Source: Alphaproteobacteria bacterium
GTDB lineage: Bacteria; Pseudomonadota; Alphaproteobacteria; SP197
DNA length: 64,000 nucleotides
Assembly (NCBI GenBank): GCA_964291415.2
Contig: OZ219918.1
Coordinates: forward strand, 416,001-480,000
Direction: 5' to 3'
In this document: in pieces, positions 9,487 through 20,113 of the stretch
How positions within the stretch are numbered: position 1 is the stretch's first letter
Layout: each line of letters starts with the position of its first letter
The notes under the pieces: model-generated
Database searches by the model: none
Told to the model about the DNA's origin: nothing
What the model saw: only the letters and a program-made list of their open reading frames with translations
Made by a program: the position numbers and the translations under genes

Positions 9487-11118
9487 ATGAACGCCGACGC
9501 TCTTCTCTCACGCTGCCGTGGCGCCCTTGACGCCGCCGACCGGGTTCTCGGCGCGGCCCGCGCAGGCGTCAGGGGCATGGTGGCTGATGACGGCGGCGCC
9601 ATCGATTCATGCCAGCATGCGGTCCACGGCCTTGCCTGGGTGGCGACCTGTGTCGAGAGCCTGCGCCAGATGCTCCACTGGGCCGAAACCCTGGAGCCGG
9701 AGGGACGGTTCGGCGAAACGGAACAGCTTGTCCTCGACTGCGCCTTCCAGGAGTCCCTCGCCCAGCTGACCGGCGGCATCGCCATGAGCCAGGGGGAAAT
9801 CGTGCGCCTGCGTGACCTTGCGGTCGGCGGCGACGATCTCCATGCCTTGTGGACCGAAGACGTGGCGGATCTGATCAACCGCGGATCGACGAAGGAGAGC
9901 CTCTCCCGGCTCGCTCTCCATCTGGGCGAAGGACGCGTCGCCGACACCGGACTCGAGGGCGATCTTGTCATGGTCCGCGACCAGTTCCGCCGCTACGCCG
10001 ACGAGCGCATCAGGCCCAGGGCGCACGCCTGGCACCTTGGCGACGAACTGATTCCCCTCGAGGTCCTCCGGGAACTCGCCGATCTCGGCGTCTTCGGGCT
10101 GTCCGTGCCTGCCGAGCACGGCGGCCTGGGTCTTTCCAAGGTGGCGATGTGCGTGGTCACCGAGGAGCTCTCGCGCGGTTACATCGGCGTCGGCTCGCTT
10201 GGCACGCGCACCGAGATTGCTGCCGAACTCATCATCACCGGCGGCACGCCCGAACAGCAGCAGCGATGGCTCCCGGGGATCGTGTCCGGGGACATCATCC
10301 CGACTGCGGTCTTCACGGAGCCCGGCACGGGCTCGGATCTCGGCAGTCTCGCGACCCGCGCGGTGCGCGACGGCGATCGCTACCACGTCACCGGCAACAA
10401 GACCTGGATCACCCATGCTGCCCGCGCCGATCTCATGACTCTCCTGGCGCGCACCGACGCGGATGAACCGGGCTACCGGGGCTTGAGCATGTTCCTGGCC
10501 GAAAAGCCGCGCGGCACCGAGGACGACCCGTTTCCCGCTCCCGGCATGTCGGGTGGCGAGATCGGCGTTCTGGGCTATCGCGGCATGAAGGAGTACGAGA
10601 TCGGTTTCGACCGTTTCGAGGTTCCGGCCGGGAACCTGCTTGGCGGCGAAGAGGGCAGGGGGTTCAAGCAACTCATGGCGACGTTCGAATCAGCGCGCAT
10701 CCAGACCGCAGCCCGGGCTACCGGGGTGGCGCAGGCCGCTCTTGAAGCGGGCCTGGCCTATGCCCTGGAGCGCCACCAGTTCGGCCGCGCCATCGCCGGT
10801 TTCCCGCGGGTTGCCAACAAGCTTGCATGGATGGCCGTCGAGACGATGATGTCCCGTCAGCTGTGCTGGTACGCGGCGCGCCGCAAGGACTCCGGCCGGC
10901 GCTGCGATCTCGAGGCGGGCATGGCCAAGCTTCTCGGCGCCCGGGTGGCCTGGTCGGCGGCCGACAACACCCTGCAGATCCATGGCGGCAACGGCTACGC
11001 CCTCGAGTACGAGGCAAGCCGGCTGCTGTGCGACGCCCGTATCCTCAACATCTTCGAAGGCGCGGCGGAAATCCAGGCGCAGGTGATCGCCAGGCGCCTG
11101 CTTGCCGCGGCGAACTGA
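9487..11118 (+). CDS. mcd: (2S)-methylsuccinyl-CoA dehydrogenase (acyl-CoA dehydrogenase with N-terminal extension)
   Basis: Acyl-CoA dehydrogenase motifs AVFTEPGTGSDL, GNKTWIT and QIHGGNGYALEY; 543 aa; directly after ccr. Confidence 0.88.
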   Translation: MNADALLSRCRGALDAADRVLGAARAGVRGMVADDGGAIDSCQHAVHGLAWVATCVESLRQMLHWAETLEPEGRFGETEQLVLDCAFQESLAQLTGGIAMSQGEIVRLRDLAVGGDDLHALWTEDVADLINRGSTKESLSRLALHLGEGRVADTGLEGDLVMVRDQFRRYADERIRPRAHAWHLGDELIPLEVLRELADLGVFGLSVPAEHGGLGLSKVAMCVVTEELSRGYIGVGSLGTRTEIAAELIITGGTPEQQQRWLPGIVSGDIIPTAVFTEPGTGSDLGSLATRAVRDGDRYHVTGNKTWITHAARADLMTLLARTDADEPGYRGLSMFLAEKPRGTEDDPFPAPGMSGGEIGVLGYRGMKEYEIGFDRFEVPAGNLLGGEEGRGFKQLMATFESARIQTAARATGVAQAALEAGLAYALERHQFGRAIAGFPRVANKLAWMAVETMMSRQLCWYAARRKDSGRRCDLEAGMAKLLGARVAWSAADNTLQIHGGNGYALEYEASRLLCDARILNIFEGAAEIQAQVIARRLLAAAN

Positions 11119-11146
11119 TCATGGCGGGACGGCGCGAGGTGACGCC

Positions 11147-11344
11147 ATGAACTGGATTGGCTATGCGATTCTGGGCTTTGTCGCCCTCACCCTCATCGCC
11201 CTCTTCGTCGGCATCGGCGGGTTTGCCCGCGGAGGCGAGTTCAACCGGCGTCACGGCAACCGCATGATGCGCTTTCGCGTGGGATTTCAGCTGGCTGCTC
11301 TGGTCCTTCTCGCCATCATGTTTCTCGTCATGCAGGGAGGGTAG
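11147..11344 (+). CDS. Twin-transmembrane-helix small protein (HIG1-like)
   Basis: 65 aa with two hydrophobic segments flanking GGEFNRRHGNRMMRFRVGFQ; usual position before the adenosyltransferase and etf genes. Confidence 0.85.
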   Translation: MNWIGYAILGFVALTLIALFVGIGGFARGGEFNRRHGNRMMRFRVGFQLAALVLLAIMFLVMQGG

Positions 11345-11348
11345 AACC

Positions 11349-11918
11349 ATCGTCAGACTGGACAGGATCTATACCCGCGGCGGAGACCGGGGCGAGACAT
11401 CCCTGGGTGACGGCAGTCGGGTGGCCAAGCACGCTCTCAGGATCGAGGCCTTCGGCACCGTGGATGAGGCGAACTCCGTGATCGGCCTTGCCAGGGTGCA
11501 CGCGGAAGGGGACTGCGACGCGATGCTGGCGCGCATCCAGAACGATCTCTTCGATCTCGGAGCCGATCTCGCCGTGCCCGAGGAGGGCCGCCGCGGTGCG
11601 GGGGCGCTGCGCATCGTTCCCGCCCAGGTGGCGCGTCTCGAGAGTGAAATCGACGCCATGAACGCCAGCCTCGAACCGCTGACCTCATTCATCCTGCCGG
11701 GAGGATCCGATGTTTCGGCATGGCTTCACCTGGCGCGCACGGTGGTCCGCCGGGCCGAACGCCTGATCACCGCGCTTTCCCTTGAGGAGACCGTCAATCC
11801 GGCGGTTCTCGAGTACACCAACCGGCTCTCCGATCACCTCTTCGTGATGGCGCGCCGACTCAACGACAACGGTCGCGCCGATCATCTGTGGGCTCCCGGC
11901 GCCACCCGGGACGGGTGA
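11349..11918 (+). CDS. ATP:cob(I)alamin adenosyltransferase, PduO type (apparent ATC start codon)
   Basis: In-frame (I)VRLDRIYTRGGDRGETSLGDGSRV lies upstream of the ORF-track start; GTVDEANS, IQNDLFDLGADL, FILPGG and NRLSD motifs. Confidence 0.9.
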   Translation: MVRLDRIYTRGGDRGETSLGDGSRVAKHALRIEAFGTVDEANSVIGLARVHAEGDCDAMLARIQNDLFDLGADLAVPEEGRRGAGALRIVPAQVARLESEIDAMNASLEPLTSFILPGGSDVSAWLHLARTVVRRAERLITALSLEETVNPAVLEYTNRLSDHLFVMARRLNDNGRADHLWAPGATRDG

Positions 11919-12037
11919 GCCGGAATGCGCCGACGTTGCGTTGACTCCGGCAATCGAGCGGTCTTAGTGTGCGCTGCGAAATCCTGCCGCGGATTCCGGT
12001 TCATCCCTGTCACAACAAGCGCCTGGAGAGGCACGCC

Positions 12038-12787
12038 ATGAAAGTGCTCGTCCCGGTCAAGCGGGTCATTGATTACAACGTGAAAGTGCGCGTCAAGGCC
12101 GACCGTTCGGGCGTCGACCTTGCCAACGTCAAGATGTCGATGAATCCCTTCGACGAGATTGCCGTCGAGGAGGCGATCCGCATGAAGGAGGCGGGAACCG
12201 CCACCGAGGTGATCGCCCTCTCGCTGGGACCGACCCAGAGTCAGGAAACCCTGCGCACGGCGCTGGCCATGGGTGCCGATCGGGCCATTCATGTCGTTCA
12301 CGACGGTGACCTTGAGCCGCTTGCCGTGGCCAAGATGATTGCCCGCATCGTCGCCGAGGAGTCGCCCGATGTGGTCATCCTCGGCAAGCAGGCGATTGAC
12401 GACGATGCCAACCAGACCGGCCAGATGCTTGCCGGGCTGCTGGGCTGGGCCCAGGGCACATTCGTCTCGAAGGTCGAGGCTGCGAACGGTTCTCTGAAGG
12501 TCGTGCGCGAGGTCGATGGCGGGCTCGAGTCGGTGACGCTGACGCTGCCGGCCATTATCACCGTGGACCTCAGGCTCAATGATCCGCGATACGCGTCACT
12601 TCCCAACATCATGAAGGCGCGCAAGAAGGAGATTGCCAAGCGTACGCCCGACGAACTCGGGATCGACGTGACACCCCGCCTTAAGGTGGTCAGTGTCGAG
12701 GAACCGCCGCGCCGCAAGGCCGGCATCAAGGTCGGTTCCGTCGGGGAACTGGTGGACAGGCTGCAGAACGACGCCGGAGCGATCTGA
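12038..12787 (+). CDS. etfB: Electron transfer flavoprotein beta subunit
   Basis: [20 protein letters not shown]; [12 protein letters not shown]; GKQAIDDD. Confidence 0.97.
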   Translation: MKVLVPVKRVIDYNVKVRVKADRSGVDLANVKMSMNPFDEIAVEEAIRMKEAGTATEVIALSLGPTQSQETLRTALAMGADRAIHVVHDGDLEPLAVAKMIARIVAEESPDVVILGKQAIDDDANQTGQMLAGLLGWAQGTFVSKVEAANGSLKVVREVDGGLESVTLTLPAIITVDLRLNDPRYASLPNIMKARKKEIAKRTPDELGIDVTPRLKVVSVEEPPRRKAGIKVGSVGELVDRLQNDAGAI

Positions 12788-12788
12788 C

Positions 12789-13742
12789 ATGGCGATACTG
12801 GTCTATGCGGAACACGACAATCAGGAACTTGCGGCGGCCACCGGGAGTGCCGTGACGGCCGCCCGGGAAATGGGCGGCGACATCACCGTCCTGGTGGCGG
12901 GCAGCGGTTGCGGTGCGGTGGCCGAAGCCGCTTCCCGCATGTCCGGCATCGCCCGGGTTCTTCTTGCCGACGAGGCGCCGCTCGAGGCGCAGCTTGCCGA
13001 GAACGTTGCCCCGCTCATCGCCCAGCTGGCGCCGGACTACAGCCATGTCGTGGCGCCGGCCACCACCACCGGCAAGAACATCATGCCGCGGGCCGCGGCG
13101 CTTCTCGACAAGCAGCAGGTCTCGGACATCACCGAGGTGGCTGATGCCGATACCTTCGTGCGCCCGATCTACGCCGGCAACGCCATGGCGACCGTCCAGT
13201 CGACCGACGACATCGTGTTTGTGACAGTTCGAACGACGGCCTTCGACGCCGCCGAGGAGAGCGACACGGCGGTTCCCGTCGAGGCGGTGGCGGGCGCGGC
13301 CGATGCCGGTCTCTCCAGCTTCGAGGGCGCCGCGCTTTCCGGTAGCGAACGCCCGGAACTGACCACGGCCCGCGTGGTCATCTCGGGTGGCCGTGGCATG
13401 AAGTCCGGTGACAACTTCGCCATGCTCGAGGAGGTGGCGGACATTCTCGGAGCGGCCGTCGGCGCCAGCCGGGCCGCTGTCGATGCCGGCTACGTGCCCA
13501 ACGACTACCAGGTGGGACAGACCGGAAAGGTGGTGGCGCCGGAACTCTATCTTGCCGTCGGCATCTCGGGCGCCATCCAGCACCTGGCCGGCATGAAGGA
13601 CAGCAAGGTCATCGCCTGTATCAACAAGGACGAGGAGGCGCCGATCTTCCAGGTTGCCGACTTCGGTCTGGTTGCGGACCTCTTCGATGCCGTTCCCGAA
13701 CTGAAGGCCGAGCTGGAGCAGAGAGGCATCCAGCCGCGGTGA
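12789..13742 (+). CDS. etfA: Electron transfer flavoprotein alpha subunit
   Basis: RPIYAGNA; [29 protein letters not shown]. Confidence 0.97.
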   Translation: MAILVYAEHDNQELAAATGSAVTAAREMGGDITVLVAGSGCGAVAEAASRMSGIARVLLADEAPLEAQLAENVAPLIAQLAPDYSHVVAPATTTGKNIMPRAAALLDKQQVSDITEVADADTFVRPIYAGNAMATVQSTDDIVFVTVRTTAFDAAEESDTAVPVEAVAGAADAGLSSFEGAALSGSERPELTTARVVISGGRGMKSGDNFAMLEEVADILGAAVGASRAAVDAGYVPNDYQVGQTGKVVAPELYLAVGISGAIQHLAGMKDSKVIACINKDEEAPIFQVADFGLVADLFDAVPELKAELEQRGIQPR

Positions 13743-13763
13743 CCGGGGGATAGGCCATTGGGC

Positions 13764-14639
13764 ATGGAGATCAGGAGCATAGGCGTGATCGGTGCCGGCC
13801 AGATGGGTTCGGGAATTGCCCACGTCTGTGCCCTGGCGGGATACGACATCCTGGTTATCGACATGTCGCGGGACCTCGCGGAAGCCGGCGTCGAGGTGGT
13901 GCGCTCCAACATGGAGCGTCAGCTGCGGCGCGGTGTCATCGACCAGGAACAGATGGATGCCGCGCTCGGCCGCATTGCCGTGGTCGACTCCTATGCCGGA
14001 CTGGCTGACTGCGACTGCGTCATCGAGGCCGCCACCGAGAACGAGAAGGTCAAGAAGGAGATTCTCGCCGAACTGACATCGTCCCTCAAGGCGGACGCCA
14101 TCATCTGCACCAACACATCGTCGATTCCCATCACGCGTCTTGCGGCGGCCACCGACAGGCCGGAGAAGTTCATGGGCATGCATTTCATGAACCCGGTGCC
14201 GATGATGAACCTGGTGGAACTGATCCGCGGGCTGGCCACCGATGTCGAGACCTTCGATACCATCCGCAATCTGACGCTGGAACTCGGCAAGGTGCCGGCC
14301 AACGCCGAGGATTTCCCGGCCTTCATCGTCAACCGCATCCTGCTGCCGATGATCAACGAGGCGGTCTACGCCCTTTACGAGGGCGTCGGCACCGTCGAGT
14401 CCATCGATACGGCGATGCGGCTCGGCGCCAACCATCCCATGGGCCCGCTCGAACTCGCCGACTTCATCGGCCTCGATATCTGCTATTCCGTCATGCAGGT
14501 GCTCTATGACGGCCTCGCGGACACCAAGTACCGCCCGTGTCCCCTGCTCGCCAAGTATGTCGAGGCAGGCTGGCTCGGCCGCAAGTCCGGCCGCGGCTTC
14601 TACGACTACTCAGGCGAAGACCCGGTCCCGACGCGCTGA
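13764..14639 (+). CDS. hbd: 3-hydroxybutyryl-CoA dehydrogenase
   Basis: [13 protein letters not shown] Rossmann motif; TNTSS; GMHFMNP; NHPMGPL; [10 protein letters not shown]. Confidence 0.93.
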   Translation: MEIRSIGVIGAGQMGSGIAHVCALAGYDILVIDMSRDLAEAGVEVVRSNMERQLRRGVIDQEQMDAALGRIAVVDSYAGLADCDCVIEAATENEKVKKEILAELTSSLKADAIICTNTSSIPITRLAAATDRPEKFMGMHFMNPVPMMNLVELIRGLATDVETFDTIRNLTLELGKVPANAEDFPAFIVNRILLPMINEAVYALYEGVGTVESIDTAMRLGANHPMGPLELADFIGLDICYSVMQVLYDGLADTKYRPCPLLAKYVEAGWLGRKSGRGFYDYSGEDPVPTR

Positions 14640-14858
14640 TTGCTCCTGGTTGTGGTGCTTGCGGGGCTTCATCGCGCCGGCCTTGATCCCGACCGCGCGT
14701 TGCATGACGTGAATCTGAAGGAACGATCAGCGTCGTCACGAACGACCGTGACGGCTCGGCTGGCCCGTTCGGCCTATGCGTGACGGAACTGCTGCCTGGT
14801 ACGGGTCGAGAGGCGTGGGTGGCGGAGGTATGCCATGCGAGGGCGTATCGCCCGCCAC

Positions 14859-15110
14859 TCAACCATCGGAGTCGAACAGCCGGCGGAAGGCAGCCTCGGA
14901 TTGCGCCAATCCCGCATCAGTCAGGGCCACGGACTTCGCCTTGCTCACAGGATTGGAGATCAGCTCCTTCTCGTGAAGCCGTTCCATTGTGGACCAGTCG
15001 AACGATTTCCACGTCCGTGCGCCGCCCATGGGATGGCGCTCGAATATCCCGAGGTAGAGCAGCGCAAGCACCGCTTCATCGATCCTGTCGTTCACCCGGT
15101 CGTCGCTCAT
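14859..15110 (-). CDS. Small DUF6429-like protein
   Basis: 83 aa: IDEAVLALLYL...WKSFDWSTMERLHEKELISNPVSKAKSVALT, matching my recollection of DUF6429. Confidence 0.75.
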   Translation of the reverse strand: MSDDRVNDRIDEAVLALLYLGIFERHPMGGARTWKSFDWSTMERLHEKELISNPVSKAKSVALTDAGLAQSEAAFRRLFDSDG

Positions 15111-15469
15111 CGTGACTGTGTGGCCCTGTCCTCTCCGTCAGCATACCCTGACACTCGTCGTCATGGCGAACACCTTCATTGCGAGGTCATCGCCTATTCG
15201 GCGATGCGCATGGCGCGCCTGCCGACGATCAACAACACGGGGCTGGCCGCGCTCGCGGGAGAACTGCACTGCTTCCATGCGTGCTCAGGCGCGGCCCCGA
15301 TCCCGAGGCACTGGCCTTCTTCGGTGTCCAGGGTCGCTGGCGCCGTTCATCCGCAAGGCCCCGGCGGCCGTCAAAAGGGATGTGGCCGGGCGGGATCCGG
15401 CACGAGCCTCGCAGCCTGCCAATGTCCTTCCCGTTGCAGCGACCGCTCATCACTCGCTACCTTGTTCGC

Positions 15470-15716
15470 ATGCGATCGCTCGACATCACGGTTCTGCACA
15501 GCAAATTGAGCGAGTACGTCCGGCGAAACGGTTTTCGTGACCAACGGCGATCAGGTCGTCGCGCAGCTTGGTCCGCTGAGGGAGACCCGGAACCCGCGTC
15601 GACGCCTTTCTGGCCGAGGCGGAGCGCTCCGGCGTGCTGTCGCCGCCAAGCCCGCCCCTGTCGCCACGCTCGATGAAGTTCTGGCCGTTCTCGACGAGAG
15701 CCGATGCGACCGATGA
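15470..15716 (+). pseudogene. Frameshifted Phd/YefM-type antitoxin remnant
   Basis: Segments in different frames: MRSLDITVLHSKLSEYVR / GETVFVTNGDQVVAQLGP / DAFLAEAERSGVLSPP / PVATLDEVLAVLDESRCDR*. Confidence 0.7.
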
Positions 15717-15815
15717 TCTGCATCGACACGACCGTCGCGTTCGCGCATCGTCTTGCCGAGGGCCGCCAGCCCCCTGTTCGCTCTGGGAGAAGGCCCTGTC
15801 TTGCAGCCGCCGGAC
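15713..15815 (+). pseudogene. Truncated, frameshifted PIN-domain (VapC) toxin remnant
   Basis: ATGA overlap with the antitoxin stop; MICIDTTVAFAHRLAEGRQPP, then SLWEKALSCSR in another frame; end coordinate approximate. Confidence 0.6.
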
Positions 15816-15906
15816 GGACCGGCTGGCCGAAAGCCTGCGGATTGGCGGCACGCTGGCTGACCGAGCGTGTACGTCCGTGTCGGTGCCGATCCTCGGCGCT
15901 CCGGCG

Positions 15907-17160
15907 TCAGCAGTGACGCCGGCGGGCGAGATACCAGGCAAAGCAGGCGAGCTGGACCAGGACCCAGCCGCCGAAGGCCGCAAGGTAGCCTGAAGGCGCA
16001 TAGCCGCCTTCGGGCGCCGGGAAGAGATTGAGGACGAGGCCGACAAGGATCTGGAGAACGCCGCCGAGGGCGAATGTGTAGAGGGCGAGCGTGGTGTTGA
16101 CCCTGCCGGCCATGGCCGGCGGGAACCTCTGGGTCATGTCCGCATAATAGATGATGACCGCGCCCCCGGTCGCGGAGAACGCTGCCGTCAGCACCCATGC
16201 AGGCAGACTGCTGCCCAGTGCCAGCATCGCCTGCACGACAATGAACACCAACGTGACCGGAGCAGCGACGAGGGAGATCGGGATCCCGATCCGGCTCAGC
16301 CGTTCGGCGAGCCAGCCGAGGAAGGCATACCCGGCGATCATGGCCAGGCCGCCGACGAAGAGGGCGTCGGCCGCATCCCCGGCGTCAAGGCCCGCCATGT
16401 CGCGCAGCCACGGTCCGAACCACAGCGCCTGGGTCGACAGCCACGCCGCCTGGGTCGTCATCACCAGCGGCGCGACAGCCCGGAAAGCCGGCGAACGCTG
16501 GATGAGCCGGAGTCCCTTCAACTGGTCGATCAGTGTCACCGGAGTTCCCGCCACCCGCCGCTCCGGCACGACGATGTGGATGACTGCCGCCACCAGAAGG
16601 GTGACCGCGGCCAGGGCGAGGAACATGTGCCGCCAGCCGATGAGATCGATCATGGCGTGAACCGGAGCGGATGCGGCCATGGCTCCAGCCCCGCCCGCGG
16701 CCAGGACCAGGCCGTTGACCAGAGGCAGCTTTTGCCCTGGAAACCACAGTGCAAACATCTTCATGGCGGCCAGAAGGCCCCCGGCCATGCCGAGGCCGAT
16801 GATGGCGCGCGCCAGGGTGAGGACGGGGGTGCCGTCACCCTGGCTGAACAGGACCGCACCCGCTGCGGCAATGACAAGCAGCACCGCATGTGTGCGCCTG
16901 GGTCCGAACCTGTCGAGCGCCATGCCGAGAGGAATCTGGATGCCGGCAAAGGCGAGAAAGAAGGCACTGGTCATCAGGCCGATGGCGGCCGCATCCAGGG
17001 CCAGTTCCTCGCCGAGAACCGGTCCGAGAACGGCGTTCACGGTCCGGAAGAGATAGGAGAGGAAGTAACCCGCTGCAAAGGGAAGGAAGACGCGGCACGC
17101 CAGGAACAACAGGCCGCGGGCCGGCGCCTCGGGGACATTCATGACAAGGGGGATCGCCAT
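15907..17160 (-). CDS. MFS transporter
   Basis: About 12 hydrophobic segments; motif A GMALDRFGPRR; start uncertain (17160 or 17142). Confidence 0.9.
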   Translation of the reverse strand: MAIPLVMNVPEAPARGLLFLACRVFLPFAAGYFLSYLFRTVNAVLGPVLGEELALDAAAIGLMTSAFFLAFAGIQIPLGMALDRFGPRRTHAVLLVIAAAGAVLFSQGDGTPVLTLARAIIGLGMAGGLLAAMKMFALWFPGQKLPLVNGLVLAAGGAGAMAASAPVHAMIDLIGWRHMFLALAAVTLLVAAVIHIVVPERRVAGTPVTLIDQLKGLRLIQRSPAFRAVAPLVMTTQAAWLSTQALWFGPWLRDMAGLDAGDAADALFVGGLAMIAGYAFLGWLAERLSRIGIPISLVAAPVTLVFIVVQAMLALGSSLPAWVLTAAFSATGGAVIIYYADMTQRFPPAMAGRVNTTLALYTFALGGVLQILVGLVLNLFPAPEGGYAPSGYLAAFGGWVLVQLACFAWYLARRRHC

Positions 17161-17241
17161 CGCGGTATCGAGGAGATGCGGAGAATACCCGGTTGAAACG
17201 CAAACGCCACGTCTGCGACCGTGACCTGTCCCGGCAGTCTT

Positions 17242-17270
17242 TGGACACGGTTGCCGGCGCCCGCTACACT
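17242..17270 (+). promoter_or_regulatory. Candidate sigma70 promoter of argH
   Basis: TGGACA-N17-TACACT. Confidence 0.45.
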
Positions 17271-17349
17271 CCGCGCCGCGTTCCGGCCTCATGGCATGCG
17301 TCGGCAGGCCGGTTCCAGCATCGACAATCCGCTCCGGCGCCTGATTGGC

Positions 17350-18747
17350 ATGTCAGCAAAGAACAACCCCAACCCTGTCCGGGGCGGCCGCTTCCGCGAG
17401 GAGCCGTCCGCCATCATGGAGCGGATCAACGCCTCGGTGGACTTTGACCGCCATCTGGCGCCTTACGACATCGCCGGATCCAGAGCCCACGCCTCCATGC
17501 TGGCAGCCGCGGGCATCATTTCGGCCGCCGACAACGATGCCATCCAGGAGGGACTCGATCGCATCGCCCGCGAGATCGAGGACGGGTCCATGACATGGGA
17601 CCCGGCGCTGGAAGATGTCCACATGAACATCGAGTCACGTCTTGCCGACCTCATCGGCGAGCCGGCCCGGCGCCTGCACACGGCGCGTTCGCGCAACGAC
17701 CAGGTGGCGACGGACCTGCGCCTGTGGTTGCGCGAACACCTCGATCGTCTCGATGAGGCGCTCACCGGTCTCCAGGAGTCGCTAATTGGCCAGGCGGACC
17801 GACATGCGGCATCGGTCATGCCGGGCATGACACACCTGCAGCCCGCCCAGCCCGTCACCTTCGGCCATCACATGCTGGCTTATGTCGAGATGTTCGGCCG
17901 GGATAGAGGCAGGCTGAAGGACTGTCGGCGAAGAATGAACGAATCACCGTTGGGGGCTGCGGCGCTGGCCGGGACATCGTTTCCCATAGACCGGGAAGCG
18001 ACGGCCGCCTCGCTGGGCTTCGACCGGCCGGCGGCCAATTCCATGGACGCGGTGTCGGACCGGGATTTCTGCCTGGAGTTTCTCGCTGACGGCGCCATCA
18101 TCGGCGTGCACCTGTCGCGCCTCGCGGAAGAACTTGTCCTGTGGACCAGTCCGAACTTCGGATTTGTGCGCCTGCCCGACAGTCTGACCACGGGCTCGTC
18201 GATCATGCCCCAGAAACGCAATGCCGACGCCGCCGAACTGGTGCGCGGCAAGGCCGGACGCCTGACCGGCGCCCTGATGTCGCTTCTGACCGTGCTCAAG
18301 GGTCTGCCGATGACCTACGGCAAGGACATGCAGGAAGACAAGGAACCTCTCTTCGATGCCGCCGCGACGCTCATGCTGGTGATTCCGGCGACAGCGGCCA
18401 TGATACGCGGCATGACCGTCAACACGGAAGTCATGAGGGCGCGCATGGACGATGGTTTCATGACCGCAACCGATCTCGCGGACTGGCTGGTTCGCGAGAA
18501 GGGCCTTGCGTTCCGGGAAGCCCATCACACCACCGGCCGGCTCGTGGCGCTTGCCGAGGAGAAGGGGTGCGATCTGGCGTCGTTGCCGCTTGACGCGATG
18601 CGCCGGGTGGACGACCGTCTCGATGCCTCGGTACGCCGCGTTCTCACTGTCGATGCTTCGGTTGCCAGCCGTGCGAGTCCGGGCGGCACGGCGCCACAAC
18701 GGGTAGCTGAAGCGGTAGAAGAAGCCCGCAGGAGATATCTTGCATGA
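17350..18747 (+). CDS. argH: Argininosuccinate lyase
   Basis: [14 protein letters not shown]; [11 protein letters not shown]; [10 protein letters not shown]. Confidence 0.97.
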   Translation: MSAKNNPNPVRGGRFREEPSAIMERINASVDFDRHLAPYDIAGSRAHASMLAAAGIISAADNDAIQEGLDRIAREIEDGSMTWDPALEDVHMNIESRLADLIGEPARRLHTARSRNDQVATDLRLWLREHLDRLDEALTGLQESLIGQADRHAASVMPGMTHLQPAQPVTFGHHMLAYVEMFGRDRGRLKDCRRRMNESPLGAAALAGTSFPIDREATAASLGFDRPAANSMDAVSDRDFCLEFLADGAIIGVHLSRLAEELVLWTSPNFGFVRLPDSLTTGSSIMPQKRNADAAELVRGKAGRLTGALMSLLTVLKGLPMTYGKDMQEDKEPLFDAAATLMLVIPATAAMIRGMTVNTEVMRARMDDGFMTATDLADWLVREKGLAFREAHHTTGRLVALAEEKGCDLASLPLDAMRRVDDRLDASVRRVLTVDASVASRASPGGTAPQRVAEAVEEARRRYLA

Positions 18748-18854
18748 CCAGACGCAGCGCCCTGATGCTGGTGCTTGCAGCCCTCGCAGCCGCATGCGGA
18801 CGCAAGGGGGATCTGACACGCCCCGGCTCGGACGGGGAGTCGGGCGACAGTTGA
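18744..18854 (+). CDS. Small lipoprotein of the LptM/LppL/YifL family (36 aa, absent from the ORF track)
   Basis: [36 protein letters not shown]; lipobox Cys followed by GxKGxL; overlaps the argH stop and the lysA start. Confidence 0.85.
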   Translation: MTRRSALMLVLAALAAACGRKGDLTRPGSDGESGDS

Positions 18855-20113
18855 ACGCCTTCACGTACCGCAACGGGCGGTTGCACGCGGAGGGCGTGGA
18901 TCTCGCGACCATTGTCCGAGAGGTTGGCACGCCCTTCTACTGTTACAGCGCGACGGCGCTGCGGGACCGCTTCCTTCGCCTCCGGGACGCGGTGGCCGGA
19001 ACCGGCACATCGGTCCTCTACGCGGTCAAGGCCAACAGCAATCTCGCGGTCGTCCATCTCCTCGGTGGCCTGGGTGCGGGGGCGGATGTCGTTTCGGCTG
19101 GCGAGATCCATCGCTGCCTGGCCGCGGGACTCGACGGCAGCACGATTGTCTTCTCTGGCGTTGGCAAGTCCCGCGACGAGATCGTCTTCGCCCTGGAGAG
19201 CGGCATCAGGCAGATCAACGTCGAGAGCGAAGGTGAATTCGAGCGCATCCTGGAGATCTGCGACAGTCTGCGCAAGGAAGCGCCCGTGGCATTCCGGTTC
19301 AATCCGGATGTCGATGCGGGTGGGCACGAGAAAATCTCCACCGGGCGGCAGACCGACAAGTTCGGCCTCCCCGCGGCCACCATCCGGCACTTGTGGTCAA
19401 GGGCCCTGGCTCACCCCCTGATCCAGCCTGTCGGACTCGCGGTTCACATTGGCTCCCAGATAAACGATATCGGACTCTACCGTACCGCCTTTGACAGGCT
19501 GCTGAACCTGGCGGGAACGCTGGATGATGTAGCCTCACTCGACCTTGGCGGCGGCCTGGGCATCGCCTACCACGACGGGGAAGAAGCGATCGACCTCGAC
19601 GGCTATGCACGTCTGCTGGCAGATATCCGCTGCCGGACGGACGCGGAACTCGCCATTGAACCTGGACGCTGGCTGGTCGCGTCTGCTGGCGTCCTTGTGA
19701 CCGGGGTAAACACGGTCAAGCAGGCCGGGTCGAAACGCATCGTCATCGTTGATGCGGCCATGAACGATCTCGTGCGGCCGACACTCTATGGTGCGCGCCA
19801 TCCGGTCTGGCCACACCGCGAAGCGGCGACACCGCTGCTCGAATCCGTGGTGGCAGGGCCGGTTTGCGAATCGGGCGACGTGCTGGCCCAGGACGTGTTG
19901 TTGCCCGGCCTCGAAGACGGTGACCTGCTGGCCATCGGTCACGCCGGTGCCTATGGCGCCGTCATGGCCTCGGGTTACAATGGACGCTTGCTGGTACCGG
20001 AGGTGATGGTGGACCAAGATCGCCATGCCGTGGTCCGCAGACGGCCAGGACATGATGAAATGATGGCGTTGGAGACAGTTCCAGGCCTGCAGAGCCATGA
20101 CACCGTCCTCTGA
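18851..20113 (+). CDS. lysA: Diaminopimelate decarboxylase
   Basis: TTG start (M)[15 protein letters not shown]; YAVKANSN PLP lysine; HIGSQ; EPGR; GPVCESGD. Confidence 0.95.
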   Translation: MNAFTYRNGRLHAEGVDLATIVREVGTPFYCYSATALRDRFLRLRDAVAGTGTSVLYAVKANSNLAVVHLLGGLGAGADVVSAGEIHRCLAAGLDGSTIVFSGVGKSRDEIVFALESGIRQINVESEGEFERILEICDSLRKEAPVAFRFNPDVDAGGHEKISTGRQTDKFGLPAATIRHLWSRALAHPLIQPVGLAVHIGSQINDIGLYRTAFDRLLNLAGTLDDVASLDLGGGLGIAYHDGEEAIDLDGYARLLADIRCRTDAELAIEPGRWLVASAGVLVTGVNTVKQAGSKRIVIVDAAMNDLVRPTLYGARHPVWPHREAATPLLESVVAGPVCESGDVLAQDVLLPGLEDGDLLAIGHAGAYGAVMASGYNGRLLVPEVMVDQDRHAVVRRRPGHDEMMALETVPGLQSHDTVL

